Of a stretch of DNA of 64,000 bases, positions 25,442 through 38,584 are shown one piece after another. The notes beneath the pieces were generated by a model. It did not search any database and was not told the DNA's origin. It saw nothing but the letters and a program-made list of their open reading frames with translations. The position numbers and the translations under genes were made by a program. How positions within the stretch are numbered: position 1 is the stretch's first letter; the number at the start of each line of letters is the position of its first letter. Source of the DNA: Octopus sinensis (taxonomy: Eukaryota); the NCBI RefSeq assembly GCF_006345805.1, contig NC_043000.1:102424001-102488000 (forward strand). Reading direction: 5' to 3'.

Positions 25442-26899
25442 ATATATATATATCATAAACCATTGACCAATCTTAAGTACATTAGCAAATTTAGTAATCA
25501 TTCTAGGGCAATTACTAGGAACTTAGTTAAGAATATTTCATTTAGATTATCTAAGTTATCTGCTAATGTTGACATTTTCAATGATAACGCTGAATGTTAT
25601 AACTCTGCCTTTCTTAAAGCAGGTTATACAGAGAAAATTATCTACATTGATTCTATTCAATCTTATTATAACTTCAATAATGTAGATATGAAATCTAGTT
25701 GTAAAAGAATTAACGATAACAAATTTAACTTATGCACCGATACAAAACAGAGGAAGGGAGATAACCCTTATTTAATCCCCTATTATCATTCTAAAGATAA
25801 ATTTAAGGCTTTCAAAAATAATTACACTAAAAATAAGATAAATAGTAATAAAACATCCATACGGGAAGCAAATTAAATCTAATCTCCCATTGCAGCTTCG
25901 TGAAGCTATTATTAGGAATTTTCCAAAGAATTCTGGGTATTACTCTATTATCAACTCACATACGGTTAGGATTGGTTTTTCCAACACAAAAAATCTCTTT
26001 CAAATTATCTCTTCACATAATAACAACCAGTTAAATATTAATACATTTACTAATACTAACATTAATTTAGCTAATATCAGCCATCCCTCTAGAAATATTA
26101 ATGACAAAGTTATTGTATCTGAAGTCAATTCAAATAGAATTAAGTTTATGTCAAGTAACTCTAAAATTAAAAACTCTATATACCAGTGTAAAATTATTAC
26201 TCATAATAAAGTACAATTTTACATTGGAAGCACGCCGTTACAGTTATCTAAAAGAATTTCTGTCCATTACTCAACATTTAGGGATAGGAATAAACGTAAC
26301 AGTGCAGGGCTCAGTAATTTAATTTGGGATCTAAAAGACCTCAATGAACAATTTAATTTAGAATAGTTGATTCTTTCAATCTCGATACCTTATGACAAAG
26401 GCAAGGAATTCTGTCTTCTCTGTAATTCTGAACTATTTTTCATTATTTTTTCTAAAAGTCCCCTAGTAAACACAGTTATAGAGCGTGCATACCGATGTAA
26501 ACATTGGCAAAAACACACCTTTAGTTCATATAAGTAATCTCTATCATTATATATTATTTAAACATTAATTTTCTTTTTATATTTAACATTCACTAAAAAA
26601 GATATATTTTCCTAGTTTATAAGGTTTTATTTAATATACATATAGTCATATACTTCTCATTTAGTTAACTTTTCCTTAATTTATCCTTCCTCCTTCTATA
26701 TGCTACTTCTGACGTTATAACATATAATGTTTTTTCAATCAATATTAATAACGTTCAGTAAATCACTATACATATCCATCATTTTCTGAAGGGAAGATTA
26801 CATTGTTTTACACCATTTTATTCCTTTGGAATAATATCAGTGATATCTTCGAAACATGCGTCGGAAGTAAAAGTATTTGAATTACACCTGCGTTAAACT
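25442..26899 (+). mobile_element. Penelope-like element, 5'-truncated (Naiad-like)
   Basis: RT thumb NLKYISKFSNHSRAITRNLVKNISFRLSKLS...YNSAFLKAGY, linker TVRIGFSNTKNLFQIISSHN, GIY-YIG endonuclease, and a 3' region with an HHR remnant. Confidence 0.85.
25463..26537 (+). pseudogene. PLE RT C-terminus plus GIY-YIG endonuclease (frameshift near 25880, W-to-stop at 26364)
   Basis: SIYQCKI...FYIGST...KRISVHYSTF...GLSNLIWDLK...PY...CLLCNSE...RCKH...SSYK*. Confidence 0.85.
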
Positions 26900-27083
26900 C
26901 CATTTATTTATTTATATATTATACAAAAAATTTCAAGTAAATCCGAAGTTTCTACCTTTAAAAACAAGGAGTTACGACCTCTTTACTTGATTGATATTTT
27001 GCTACCCTGGTAACTATTTATCTATTTTTCCGTTTTAATTGTTAACAAGGGAAAAATACACACATCTATTTATATATATATAT

Positions 27084-27164
<81 letters not shown>

Positions 27165-27181
27165 GTATGTATGTATATATG

Positions 27182-27215
<34 letters not shown>

Positions 27216-27369
27216 TGTATGTATGTATGTATGTATGTATGTATGTATGTATGTATATGTATATGTATATATAAGCTTTTGTAAACATTACTTGATAGTT
27301 ACTATAATTAGAAAAAGTTTTTTTGTTTAAGTTATTAACAATTTTAAAAAGATTTCTTTTATTTAACAG

Positions 27370-27483
27370 ACTACCACTAACTTTTGTGGGTGATGTTTGT
27401 ATACAATATGTCAGGCCCAGAGGGTATTTTGCGCGTAAGCGCATTCATTTTTCAAGTTTTCACATTGCATCAGCCCAGAAGAC
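27370..27483 (+). CDS. Candidate internal exon (phase 2-2) of an unidentified host gene
   Basis: Acceptor TTTCTTTTATTTAACAG, donor GAC|GTAAGT; open frame [37 protein letters not shown]. Confidence 0.4.
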
Positions 27484-27558
27484 GTAAGTTATTTGTATTC
27501 TGTTAAATAAAAGAAATTTTTTACAACAGTTAATAACCTTTTTAAAAAAATTCATATA

Positions 27559-27594
<36 letters not shown>

Positions 27595-27629
27595 TGTATG
27601 TATATGTATGTATGTATATATATATATAT

Positions 27630-27661
<32 letters not shown>

Positions 27662-28875
27662 GAGAGAGAGAGAGGGGGAGAGAGAGAGGGAGACACGAAC
27701 AGCGTTAAGTTATATGTTATACAAACCACCCCATAGCGAAGTAAATGATTTTCCAAAGAAATCTTTGATCAGTAATGCCACAACTCTCATGACATCTGTG
27801 GGAAGTGTTTTATCACTGATGCCATAAAAATAGAAATGTTTTCCGAAAGGACCATTGACTCTGCTGCAGTTTATATATCACGCTATATTATTTAGAGATC
27901 TTAGTTATAAAATATATTTTGGTTCCTTTTATGAAATAAAATATTACCAGATACATATGTAACAAAATATCATATAAAGAGCATTTACGATTATATTAGT
28001 ACATCCAATGCAGAGAGAGAGAAAGAAAGAAAGAGAGAGAGAGTCGAAAGTTAACTAGAAATAATCATGTTGTAAGGAAAAATCAATATTATTTTAATTT
28101 AAGGGGAAACAATTCCGGGCATGTTTTTGAGCGAATTATAATTCCATCAGTTAAACGTCACCTTTCACACTTTTGCCAAATCAGTTTTGAAACAATCAGT
28201 ATGTAAATGTATAAGATTGTGCATTGGTTGACGCAAAGCGATAGAATTGTTGAACGAATAATTGATTTGAGCGTCGTACGTCTTTAAATCATTTATTCTC
28301 TAAACAGTGGTTTAAAGAAGTTCGTTAATTGCAGCAAGGGAAATGGAATACTTTGATAAAAGTATAATGATGTACCATGTAATGTATTATACTTTCATCT
28401 ACGTGAGTGTGTGTATGTAATAATGAAAACCATTACATATAATATATAGATAGATAGATATGTATATATATGCGTACAAACTTTTCTGACGAAGTGAAAT
28501 TTGGAAAATGGAAACAGTAAGAACAAATTTTCTATCTATTTCATTTGTTAAGAGATAATTAAACTGGGTTTTCTGAAAATCACATAATGAAAGTCTGATG
28601 TTCTCGTGATAATTAGCATGCAAGCTAGACATATTCACGGCCTCATTTCATATGACTAATGAAAAGTTGAGTGTTGAAAAGCGTCGTGATAAAATTGTGT
28701 CATGTATTGTGGCTATTTAATTTGATCAAATAACTAACTCAAATACAGTGTAGTCTCTGATGAAAATTGAGATCATTTGGTGTACTAAATATAGTTGGGG
28801 TAATGAAGAGGCTAACTAAAGCTTTCTTCTCCTTCGGCATAATTCTTCTGTTTCTTTAAGAGGTAGTCCACAATG

Positions 28876-29000
28876 AAGGCGGTGAATCGCAAGAATGTTA
28901 GTGCGGTATACAAATTGCTTTATGATATTTGTTCCGGTTCTTTATGTTCTGAGTTCAAATCTCGTTGAAGTCAACTTCGGTTTTCATCCTTCCGATAGGA
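28876..29000 (+). mobile_element. SINE family B head, degenerate
   Basis: AAGGCGGTGAATCGCAAGAATGTTAG...GAGTTCAAATCTCG...TTTTCATCCTT. Confidence 0.55.
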
Positions 29001-30043
29001 TCTTCGTTGGTCAATTTCGACCATGCATCTACCCATGTACATATCACATCTGGGATAGATTTGGCGGGCGGGAAGACTGATGTTGCTTCCTTCACTACGC
29101 CATCGATGTTTATCCAAGAGAAAAACCACCGATTTTGTCCGATACTGTTTGGTACCAGTATCATCGCAGATGTTGCTATCAGAACGCAAAGAACTAGAAC
29201 AGATACCACAAGGCATTTTGTCGCGCCTCCAACACTGCCATTAATCTACTGTCTGTCGATAAAACAAAGTACCAGTGCAAGGTACTGGGTTGATGGGATT
29301 GTGAGTCACTGCTTAAAAGATTGCCTTACTGTATTTGTTGGGGCTCTTTACCGTTCTAAATGCCAATACAAATGTGACGAATTTTTTTATATACAACTGA
29401 CATGGTTTCGCCTAAAATCATCGTAAGGGAAGCAACAAAAAAACCACTTACGTATTTTCCCACGAGAATCTAATGACAAGAACATAGCACTTATCAAGGA
29501 ATCACTGAGGATCGGGGGCATTACTCTTAGTCACCTCCATAGAACAAGGAATGAAACGTAAGACATTAACTTTTAACAGTGACCATTGCACTAACACCAC
29601 TGGCCGCAATCCGTAGCAATCTCACTAAATTTAATATTGCTTCAATTTATGTCCTCATTCACCTTTAAAGCTACATGCTGAGAGATAAAACATGTTTCAG
29701 GGGTATTAAAGGTGACCAAAACAGCAGGGTCTGCAAACTAATGGCCGTTTACCGTTAACCATACAACGGAAACATAAACTATCCGCTAATGGAAACATAA
29801 GCCAGCCGCTTGAAGTAATTACATGAATGAAATATCAATCTTATTTCTCTGAAATCGATACAAGGCTACAAATCTATAGTAATGGTGGGCTTTGTGAATA
29901 GAATCTTCCAAAAATTGCTGGTATTTATTTTATCGATATTATCACCTCGGGAATAGAGAAAGGTAAAATTTAAATCTGCAATTAGAATTCTATTCGCATT
30001 GAAGATACTTCATAAGAATATTAAATGATACTTTATTTTTTAG

Positions 30044-30096
30044 ACTCTGGGAGAATGCACGGTAAAGTTGGTCCCAGCTGGATTTGCTTTCAGAAA
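30044..30096 (+). CDS. Candidate exon
   Basis: Acceptor CTTTATTTTTTAG, donor AAA|GTAAGG; two open frames (TLGECTVKLVPAGFAFR or SGRMHGKVGPSWICFQK). Confidence 0.28.
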
Positions 30097-30739
30097 GTAA
30101 GGCTCTATAATTGAAATGAGCGTCTATAAATGAAATATCTATAATTATAAATATTTTGTCCTACGCTATCCAAAATCGTTATAGTGTAAGACAAAATGCT
30201 CGACTAAGCCTACCTCTGCAAGATTTAATTTCTAATCTGAAAGTAGAGAAATGGAACTAAATATTATTTGAGATTTAGCTCAGCCCCCCTTTGTACTTTA
30301 CATAAATAAACATCTAAATATTTTATAAGAGGCAACACAACAGAAATGACAAGCCATTAAATTAAGAGCTCTGGGTTATAAGATTAAAATCAGTTTCTGG
30401 TGTTTCTTTGTGTCGTTAAATAGAACATCACTGTATATATATTTAAATATTGATTTGTCTCTATCTCGTCATGGGAGACTAGCTCTCTGGGGAAAGACGT
30501 TAGTGCTACAAATGAGACCAATTAATAGACTTATTTATCATAGAATTTACTTGTGCCACATTCTTTTGCGAATGTGGTGAAGAAATAGTTGTTATTTATA
30601 ATAAAATGTCGATTAATTTACCTTCATATCTATTTCCATCTACAATACAGACGGAAAAAATATTACAGGGAAAGTTTATATCAGAATTTGAAGAAATTGT
30701 TGCAAGAGAGGAGTGTTAACCCTCATAATCCTGCAGTAT

Positions 30740-30811
<72 letters not shown>

Positions 30812-31149
30812 CGTATATGTATATGAGCAGAATTCAATATGCGGTTTTAATATTCAGTGCGAAAACAATTGATAGGATTAGCTGTAATCGATTTATATGT
30901 ACACTTTATATATATACACACCACACACACACACAAACACAAACACGCGCACACACACACACACATGTATGTATGTATGTATATACTTTAAGTTCGTTTA
31001 CGGGAAACGTTTTGAATATGCGTATTACTGTACTGCAGTCATCCCAGGAATACGGACTATGATCTTAAGGAACACGTAACTTGTGGAAACCCGCGTAGCG
31101 ATGGATTACTATATTGTTGTTGTTGTTATTATTATTATTATTATTATTA

Positions 31150-31202
<53 letters not shown>

Positions 31203-31213
31203 TATTATTATTG

Positions 31214-31409
31214 TTACTTGTTTTAATCATTTGACTGCTGTCATGCTCGAGCACCGCCTTTAGTCGAGCAAATCGACACCAAGGCTTATTCTTTGTAAAC
31301 CTAGTACTTATTCTATCGGTCTCTTTTGCCGAACCTCTAAGTTACGGGGACATAAATGTACTAGCATCGGTTGTCAAGCGATGTTGGGGAGACAAACATA
31401 TACATACAG

Positions 31410-31444
<35 letters not shown>

Positions 31445-31882
31445 TATATATATATATATATTTACTTCCTGTCCCAGGTAGACATATTCCCTCACCTCCT
31501 CTATTTCATCACTGCCGATCACCATTCGACCTGTTGGTACATTGTCTGACCGCATGAACTTTGTTTTCATGCGGTTCATCTTGAGACCTACTGCGTCATC
31601 GCAGAGTATACACGCAGCAAGTAGATGGGCTGGACACGTCGCCCGGCTCACCGATAGTCGGTGGACGCACGCAGTTGTCGAGTGGTACCCGCGTGAGCGG
31701 AAAAGACCACCCGGAAGACCTCCACGACGGTGGAGTTACGATTTCAGGAGGACGATTGGGATCACGTGGATGAGAAAGGCGCGATCCAGAGAGGAGTGGA
31801 CAGCGTGCTGTGACCAGCGGTGTCAAATGGATGCCTGACGGACTCGTCGGTCAAAGTGAAGTGAAGTGAAGATATTATATAT

Positions 31883-31951
<69 letters not shown>

Positions 31952-32114
31952 CAGGTTTCTTTTAGTTTCCGTCTACCAAATCCACTTACGAGTCTTTGGT
32001 TAGCCCGAGGCTACAGCAGAAGGCAGTTGCCCAAGGTGCCATGCAGTGGGACTGAACCCGGAACCATGTGGCTGATAAGCAAGCTACTTACCACACTGCC
32101 ATTCCTGCGCCTAT
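31214..32114 (-). mobile_element. SINE family A split by an RTE insertion (3' half 31214-31411, 5' half 31949-32114)
   Basis: Both halves are on the minus strand and join into one SINE at the central (TA)n. Confidence 0.85.
31461..31871 (+). mobile_element. RTE-clade LINE 3' end with inverted 5' segment
   Basis: Plus strand: RWAGHVARLTDSRWTHAVVEWYPRERKRPPGRPPRRW...* then an (AAGTG)n tail. Minus strand, 31461 to about 31605: GLKMNRMKTKFM...EYVYLGQ. Confidence 0.88.
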
Positions 32115-32336
32115 GTATATATGCATATCTATATATACACATATGTATATACATATATGTGCGTATATATATATATATATATATATATACATACATACTT
32201 ACATACATACATACATACATACCATATATGCATGTGTGTATATGAGATTATATGCATACAGACGTACATACACATATACACATATAGACACCCACACATA
32301 TATATGTACATTCATTCATACATGCATACATTCACA

Positions 32337-32401
<65 letters not shown>

Positions 32402-33899
32402 ATATACACACATACATACATATATACACATATAAGAATAAAACATTTTATTTCCTAACATTGAAGATAAATAATTTTATTATATACTGGTATACAAAAT
32501 TATGTTTTCATGTAGCGAATGTTTTCTTTCAACAGTTTTACTTTAAAAATAGCCTGTTTTCACAAGATAAGTTTACTCATAAAAAAATAGAGTGGCTTTA
32601 TATTTTTCTAAAAACTTAATAGAAAAACGTTTTCGGGAAAAAATTAAGTTTTACTGAATAAATTCAAGCGTATATTGTAGCAAAAAGCGTTTTTTACAGG
32701 AGAAGAAAATCACATTTACATCAAACTTCAAGTTAATATATAAGTTATGCGTTAAGGTTTATAAGATTTTGCAATTAACAAACATATCGTAAGCTTTAGT
32801 CTAGTAAATTCTTGTTTCAGTTTTAATATAGTCTTTTCTCAATTTGGACAATTCCAAGAATGGAATAAATAGGATAAATATTCTGAATATAATCTTGAAC
32901 ACATCGAGAAAGAAAATAGGACTGTCATGATTGGAATATAAGTTGAACGATGAAATTTTGAAGCTATAATTTTCAAAGAAAATCACGGCCAAACATTATA
33001 CGTTGGCTAAGTCTGAAAATGGAGATTCTGCACGAAACTGTCTTTAAATTCTATTGAATATACTTCTGGTCTTGTTTTCTTTTTTAGTTTTAGTTTTTAT
33101 TTCCCACACAAGTACCCTAATACAAAATAATTTACCAAAACCTCACATGAAAACACCTTATTTTACAAACCAAAACACTAACATCCATTTTATGCAAAAT
33201 GGACGACTTTTCACCATGTTACTGCTCCACGCGGAATGCACAAAAATTCCCAGCAGTTTATGTACATTTTTTGCTTGTTCGTTTTTTGTTCTTGCTTTTG
33301 TTTCAGTCTGGAAGCAGAGGCTGTTATATCCGTGGCCTCCCTCACAGGCTCTCTGGGACTAGGAAGACAGGAATGCTAATATGAGCTGTTAGGATGTTAA
33401 AGCAATTTAATATCGAAGCAATTTATTCACCTCTTGTGTTACATTTATTGCTTTTGAACCGGGATGTATAGTGTGTAGTGACGTCTCTCTAAAATGCCTG
33501 TTATGTAGCTAGACATGTTACTTAATTGGACGATGGGTTAGGTCATTATTTATATATTTAAGTCGACGTTTTTTGTGTTGCATTTCTAGTATTGACGTGT
33601 CGTTAACGATCATGTGTCAGTTGTCCTATTTTGTACCAGCTGCACGATTTTATATATGTTATGTAGACGCTTCCATGGCTTGGTCTGCCTAGTTATTAAT
33701 TTGAAATTGGAGAGTACCTAGATGGTATTTATAATTTAATTCCGTGCATAATAGCAAGAATATAAAAGGCAATACAGTTGTTGTTCTGCTTGGAAAATTG
33801 CAAACTGACGGCTGCATGACAAACATTGTTTGAAAGGATTGTACTGTGGCATCGGAGACACAGGAGAGATTACTGAGTTAGGTAGTCTTAAGTAGTTGT

Positions 33900-34680
33900 C
33901 ACGTATTTGGTCAACTTGGTGATGCAGAAGTCATTGTCGTAGTGGTAAAAATGGTTGAGTATGACACAGCTAGGTTTGTTATCTAGAGATTGGAGTGTGT
34001 TGGGTGCGCGACTTCATGTCGGTCAGAAACCCATGATGTATGCGACGTATCTGCCTCACTGTCTAAGATACAGATGCAGTATTCTATTGAGGTTTTCTCT
34101 TAGGCCTTGTATTTTATTGGCAGATGTTAGAAACGGAAGTATTTCCTGGTTAGCCTTTGTGATACAGGTCTTTGCTTGCTCGGTTGAGAATATAGGATCG
34201 ACAGGAGAGATCACCAGTAATAACGACTTCCAACATATGTAGCGACTACGAGGATTCTTGTTGAGTCGTTCGTACTTAGGGGAGGATGCGTAGTGCTTGT
34301 GTCATTGTATTGGACCTTATTGGAACACATTTTCAAGAACTTTGTTCAAGAAGTCAGTACTGAGAGTAAGGTTTCTCGATTATATAATGGTGACATTCAG
34401 GTACGGAATGTCAGGGAAGAATGAAGAGTAGTTTCAAATGCTTAGGAGTGAGCGTAGTTGCAGATGATGCAAGTAGATCGTTAATGTATGTATTGAGGGA
34501 AGATACAATTGATAGAACCTGGCTCAGAGAAATCCTTATTGATAATCATGGAGGTGGAGGAGAGACTCGATATGTTCAAGTAGATGGCTATCAATTACTC
34601 ATTTTCTAAATATTGTATATAAGCTCGATAAATCGATAGCTGCCGCGGTAAGAGGATTTTTATCTTCTTTGGAATGGGAC
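33900..34680 (-). pseudogene. CR1/L2-like LINE RT remnant
   Basis: Decayed motifs on the minus strand: IPKK, HDYQ*GF (QYGF-like), LHMLEVVITGDLSC (LGV...LSW-like), LQSLD...FYHYDNDFC; boundaries approximate. Confidence 0.5.
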
Positions 34681-35014
34681 AGATTGTAGAGTATTTCCAA
34701 ATACCTGGTTAATTTCAGAGAGAGACAAACAGACAGACGAACAGATAAAGATAAAGAGAAACATAGAGAGATTAAAGAGTTACCCGAGTATAGAGGCAGA
34801 GTAATAAAAGGAACACTGTCAGAGCTGATGGCCTTGTTGATTTAAAGCTACTGGAATTTTTCTTGTAATTATCGTGTCTGTATATGTACTGCAGAGCCTA
34901 GAGAGCTGGAAAGAAATTGTTTGGGGGAGGATTACCTACTATGTGCAATGCAGAGTTGAATGTAAAGTAAGAAGAAAAAGATAGATCTTTTCTTCATGAA
35001 AATACTACTTATAG

Positions 35015-35144
35015 ATCCATCATGGGTAGAGAGTGGATGGAAGGATGCGTTTGAAAACTTGGCAGAGAGCTCTTTGTTAACGCAACAAAAGTCAGGCGTC
35101 ATGCTAGGTGATGGAGGAACTTTCGATTTGTGTAATTCATTAAG
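35015..35144 (+). CDS. Candidate internal exon (phase 1-2)
   Basis: CTACTTATAG acceptor, AAG|GTAACT donor; GC-elevated open frame (D)PSWVESGWKDAFENLAESSLLTQQKSGVMLGDGGTFDLCNSL. Confidence 0.4.
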
Positions 35145-35339
35145 GTAACTCTTTCACTAACGATTGTGCAGGAATTGCAGTGATATATAAAAGTTAACTT
35201 TGTAAACTACAATATTTTAAAATATTGCAATATAACACGAACGGCAAAATAAAACTATCGTTATCAAACTTAATGATTTATCTTCACAGATAATATTCAA
35301 GTCGCTATTATACACCAAATTAAATTATAAAAGTAACCT

Positions 35340-35950
35340 AGGTGCCTTCCAATTTCAAATTAATAACTTAGCAGACCAAACCATGGAAACACCTACATAA
35401 CGTATATAAAATCATGCACTTAAGATATAAAATAAGACCACCGATACCTGTTGGTTAACAGATACGTTAACACACTCGAAATTCAAGACAAAACATTTCG
35501 ACTTAAATGTATACATAAAACTGAACACACCAACCGTCATATTAAATAACATGCTTAACTGCATGACAACATTTTTTAGGAAGACGCTATACATCCCTGT
35601 ACAAAAACAAAACATTTTTGCATAAGAGGTGAAGCAATTGCTTCACTGCTAAATTGCCTTAGCATCCTAAACAGCCCATATTTGCATACCTGCATATCTC
35701 ACGAAGCTAGCTGCAACACCTGCAATGGAATAAATATTAACATCAGGCGACAATGCTCACGCCATACTTCATGTCACAAGAACAGCCTCAAATAATATAT
35801 CTTCACTCCAACAATAAGTAAACGCTCTGATTAAAATTCTTCCTAAAATCGTCCACCAAAGACTATCTATTTACAACGACATCCACCAACATAAAACCTA
35901 CAAACTGAGCAGATTTCTTATAATACTAAATCATAAATAACTAAAGATCA
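35340..35950 (+). pseudogene. Very old PLE RT remnant
   Basis: FQFQ...QTMETP (GxxMGTP-like) and VYIK...HTNRHI (VYRKPTHTxRYL-like); heavily decayed. Confidence 0.3.
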
Positions 35951-36465
35951 ACACATTTCAAACAGATTCATGGCTAAGATTCTTTACTTCTCAATCATTT
36001 GGTGCCGGATTCGATCCTGCTGCGCTGAGAAAGAGTTTTCTGCTGTAGCTCTGATCTAACCAAGGATGAAAGAAGGAAATTTGGTAACGGGAAACAATGC
36101 GGAAATGTTATGCTGACAGTTATTACTATTGAAAGGGATAGCTTTGCTACACAATTGTGTTTATAGAGTGCTCAGTCACATACACTATAATACAGTACAA
36201 CGACGGTGCATTTCAGTTGAGTTGAATGTTTGGAATTTTATCACGTAAACGGACGGGGGACCCATTAAGTGACTGAATGTGTCTAAGTAACAGTTTATGT
36301 TCAGTAATTACTGTGAAGATTAATAATAAATTACGTCATTGGAAATTTGCAATATCGTTGGTGTTTTTTTCTATTATTTTTACATTAATGTATTTGTTTA
36401 TGTCTCCCACTTTCTTTTGCACACAACCAATAGTAGTGTGTGCATGTGTGTGTATGCGTCTGTGC

Positions 36466-36502
<37 letters not shown>

Positions 36503-36539
36503 TATATACGGGCATGTGTATATATATATACATATATAC

Positions 36540-36583
<44 letters not shown>

Positions 36584-36641
36584 GCATATATACCTGCATG
36601 TGCATATATATACATATATGCATGTATATGCATAGGTATAT

Positions 36642-36687
<46 letters not shown>

Positions 36688-37134
36688 TATATAAGTATAT
36701 ATATATATATATATATACATATATTCTGTTGTCTGTGATTATGTATGTGCTTATAAGTAATCCTGGCCGTGCGTACGCATCTGTATGATCTAGCGTTTAA
36801 ATGTTGATCTTCATCACACACACACACACACATTACACATATTTACTCACACATACATATGCGTATCTTCACATATATATGGATTTTTTATTCACAGAAA
36901 ACAACAAATTAAACGTAAATATAATTAGTTGTCAACAGCAGTAAAATGTGGATGTAAAACCAATAACAGGAGAAAAGAAGAAATATTGTATCTAATGTTT
37001 GTTAAAAATGCTCAAATTGATATCGTGTCGTTCAATACACCTAGTGGAATATAAATGTGTCAAACATATATTTCACTGTTCAGTCTTCATGTTGGAAACG
37101 CTTCCTAACTTATTTTTAGTCTATCGATTTATCA

Positions 37135-37765
37135 TCCTATGTATGTATGTTTGTGTATGTGTGTATCTATGTATGTATGTATGTATGTATGTATGTATGT
37201 ATGTATGTATGTATGTATGTATTATGTATGTATTATGTATGTATGTATGTATGTGGGTATGTATGTATGTATGTATGTATGTATTATGTATGTATTATGT
37301 ATGTATGTATGTATGTATGTATGTATGTATGTATGTATGTTTGTGTATGTGTGTATGTATGTATGTATGTATGTATGTATGTATGTATGTATATGTATGT
37401 ATTATGTATGTATGTATGTATGTATGTGGGTATATATGTATGTATGTATGTATGTAGGTAGGTAGGTAGGTAGGTAGGTAGGTAGGTAGGTATTTATGTA
37501 TGTATGGATGGATGGATGCATGTATGTGTATGTATGTATGTATGTATGTATGTATGTATGTATGTGTGTGTATGTATGTATGTATGTATGCATGTATGTA
37601 TGTACGTATGCATGTATGTATGTATGTACGTATGTATGCATGTATGTATGTACGTATGTATGTACGTACGTATGTATGTATGTATGTACGTACGTATGTA
37701 TGTATGTATGTATGTATGTATGTATGTATGTATGTATGTATGTATGTATGTATGTACGTATGTTT
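37135..37765. repeat. (TATG)n / (TAGG)n / (TACG) compound microsatellite
   Basis: About 630 bp of tetranucleotide repeats. Confidence 0.95.
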
Positions 37766-38584
37766 GTATCTATCTTTCTATTTGGCTATATTTTCTATTT
37801 ATTTTCTCATTGTCTTCAGAAATCACAGCACTCTCTATCTATTTATCTATTTATCTATTTATCTTTCTCTCTAAATATTATCTCTGTCTTTAGAAATTAC
37901 CGCACATAGAGAACATCGATATTTACACCTATATCAGTTTCACCTATGCAAGTACACACACTCACATATATTCTACTATGAACACACATCCAACAAACAA
38001 GTTCACCTAAATACACACACACACACATACCATTCATAATATACAGGATGCCCCAAAATGTAAGCACACGTTGAATGATTATACAGCTTGTGTATATCAT
38101 AATGCATTTCCTTTCCAAAATATAATAGAATCTACAGACAGAATTTAATTCTTTTTTGAACGCCTGTTATCAAACTGATAATATCTTTAAGTACTACCTG
38201 CAAAACATAACCCAGTACCGACGCATGGCTCTGTTGTATCAAGTAATTTCGCCGTAAATTGGGCGTCATCAGCAGCAGATAACCAAACCCCGAAAGTCAA
38301 ATCAAAAAATCAGTCGAACAGTCGAACCGATACAGTTTAAGATTGGCTAAACAGTAACTCGTTTGTACACAGCCTGCTAGTTTTTGCAACATCCCTGGCT
38401 GCTTAGCTTCTGTTCAACTATATCGGGTTGACAGATTTTCGACAGCCTACTGCAGATGATGGCGAAATTTGCAATGAAATTACATGATATAACAGTGCCA
38501 TCTGTCGGTGCTGACGAAATTTCGTCAACCGATTTAATCAATGCTTTTTATAACACCTAGTGTCTGTACAAGATCATTTCTTAG

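Noticed and set aside
26786-26868. Active HHR at the PLE 3' end
   Set aside because: A deletion removed the 5' strand of stem I, and A9 is G.
33200-33390. GC-rich exon-like segment with a strong + strand acceptor
   Set aside because: All three plus frames stop with no good donor, and an equally plausible minus-strand reading exists.
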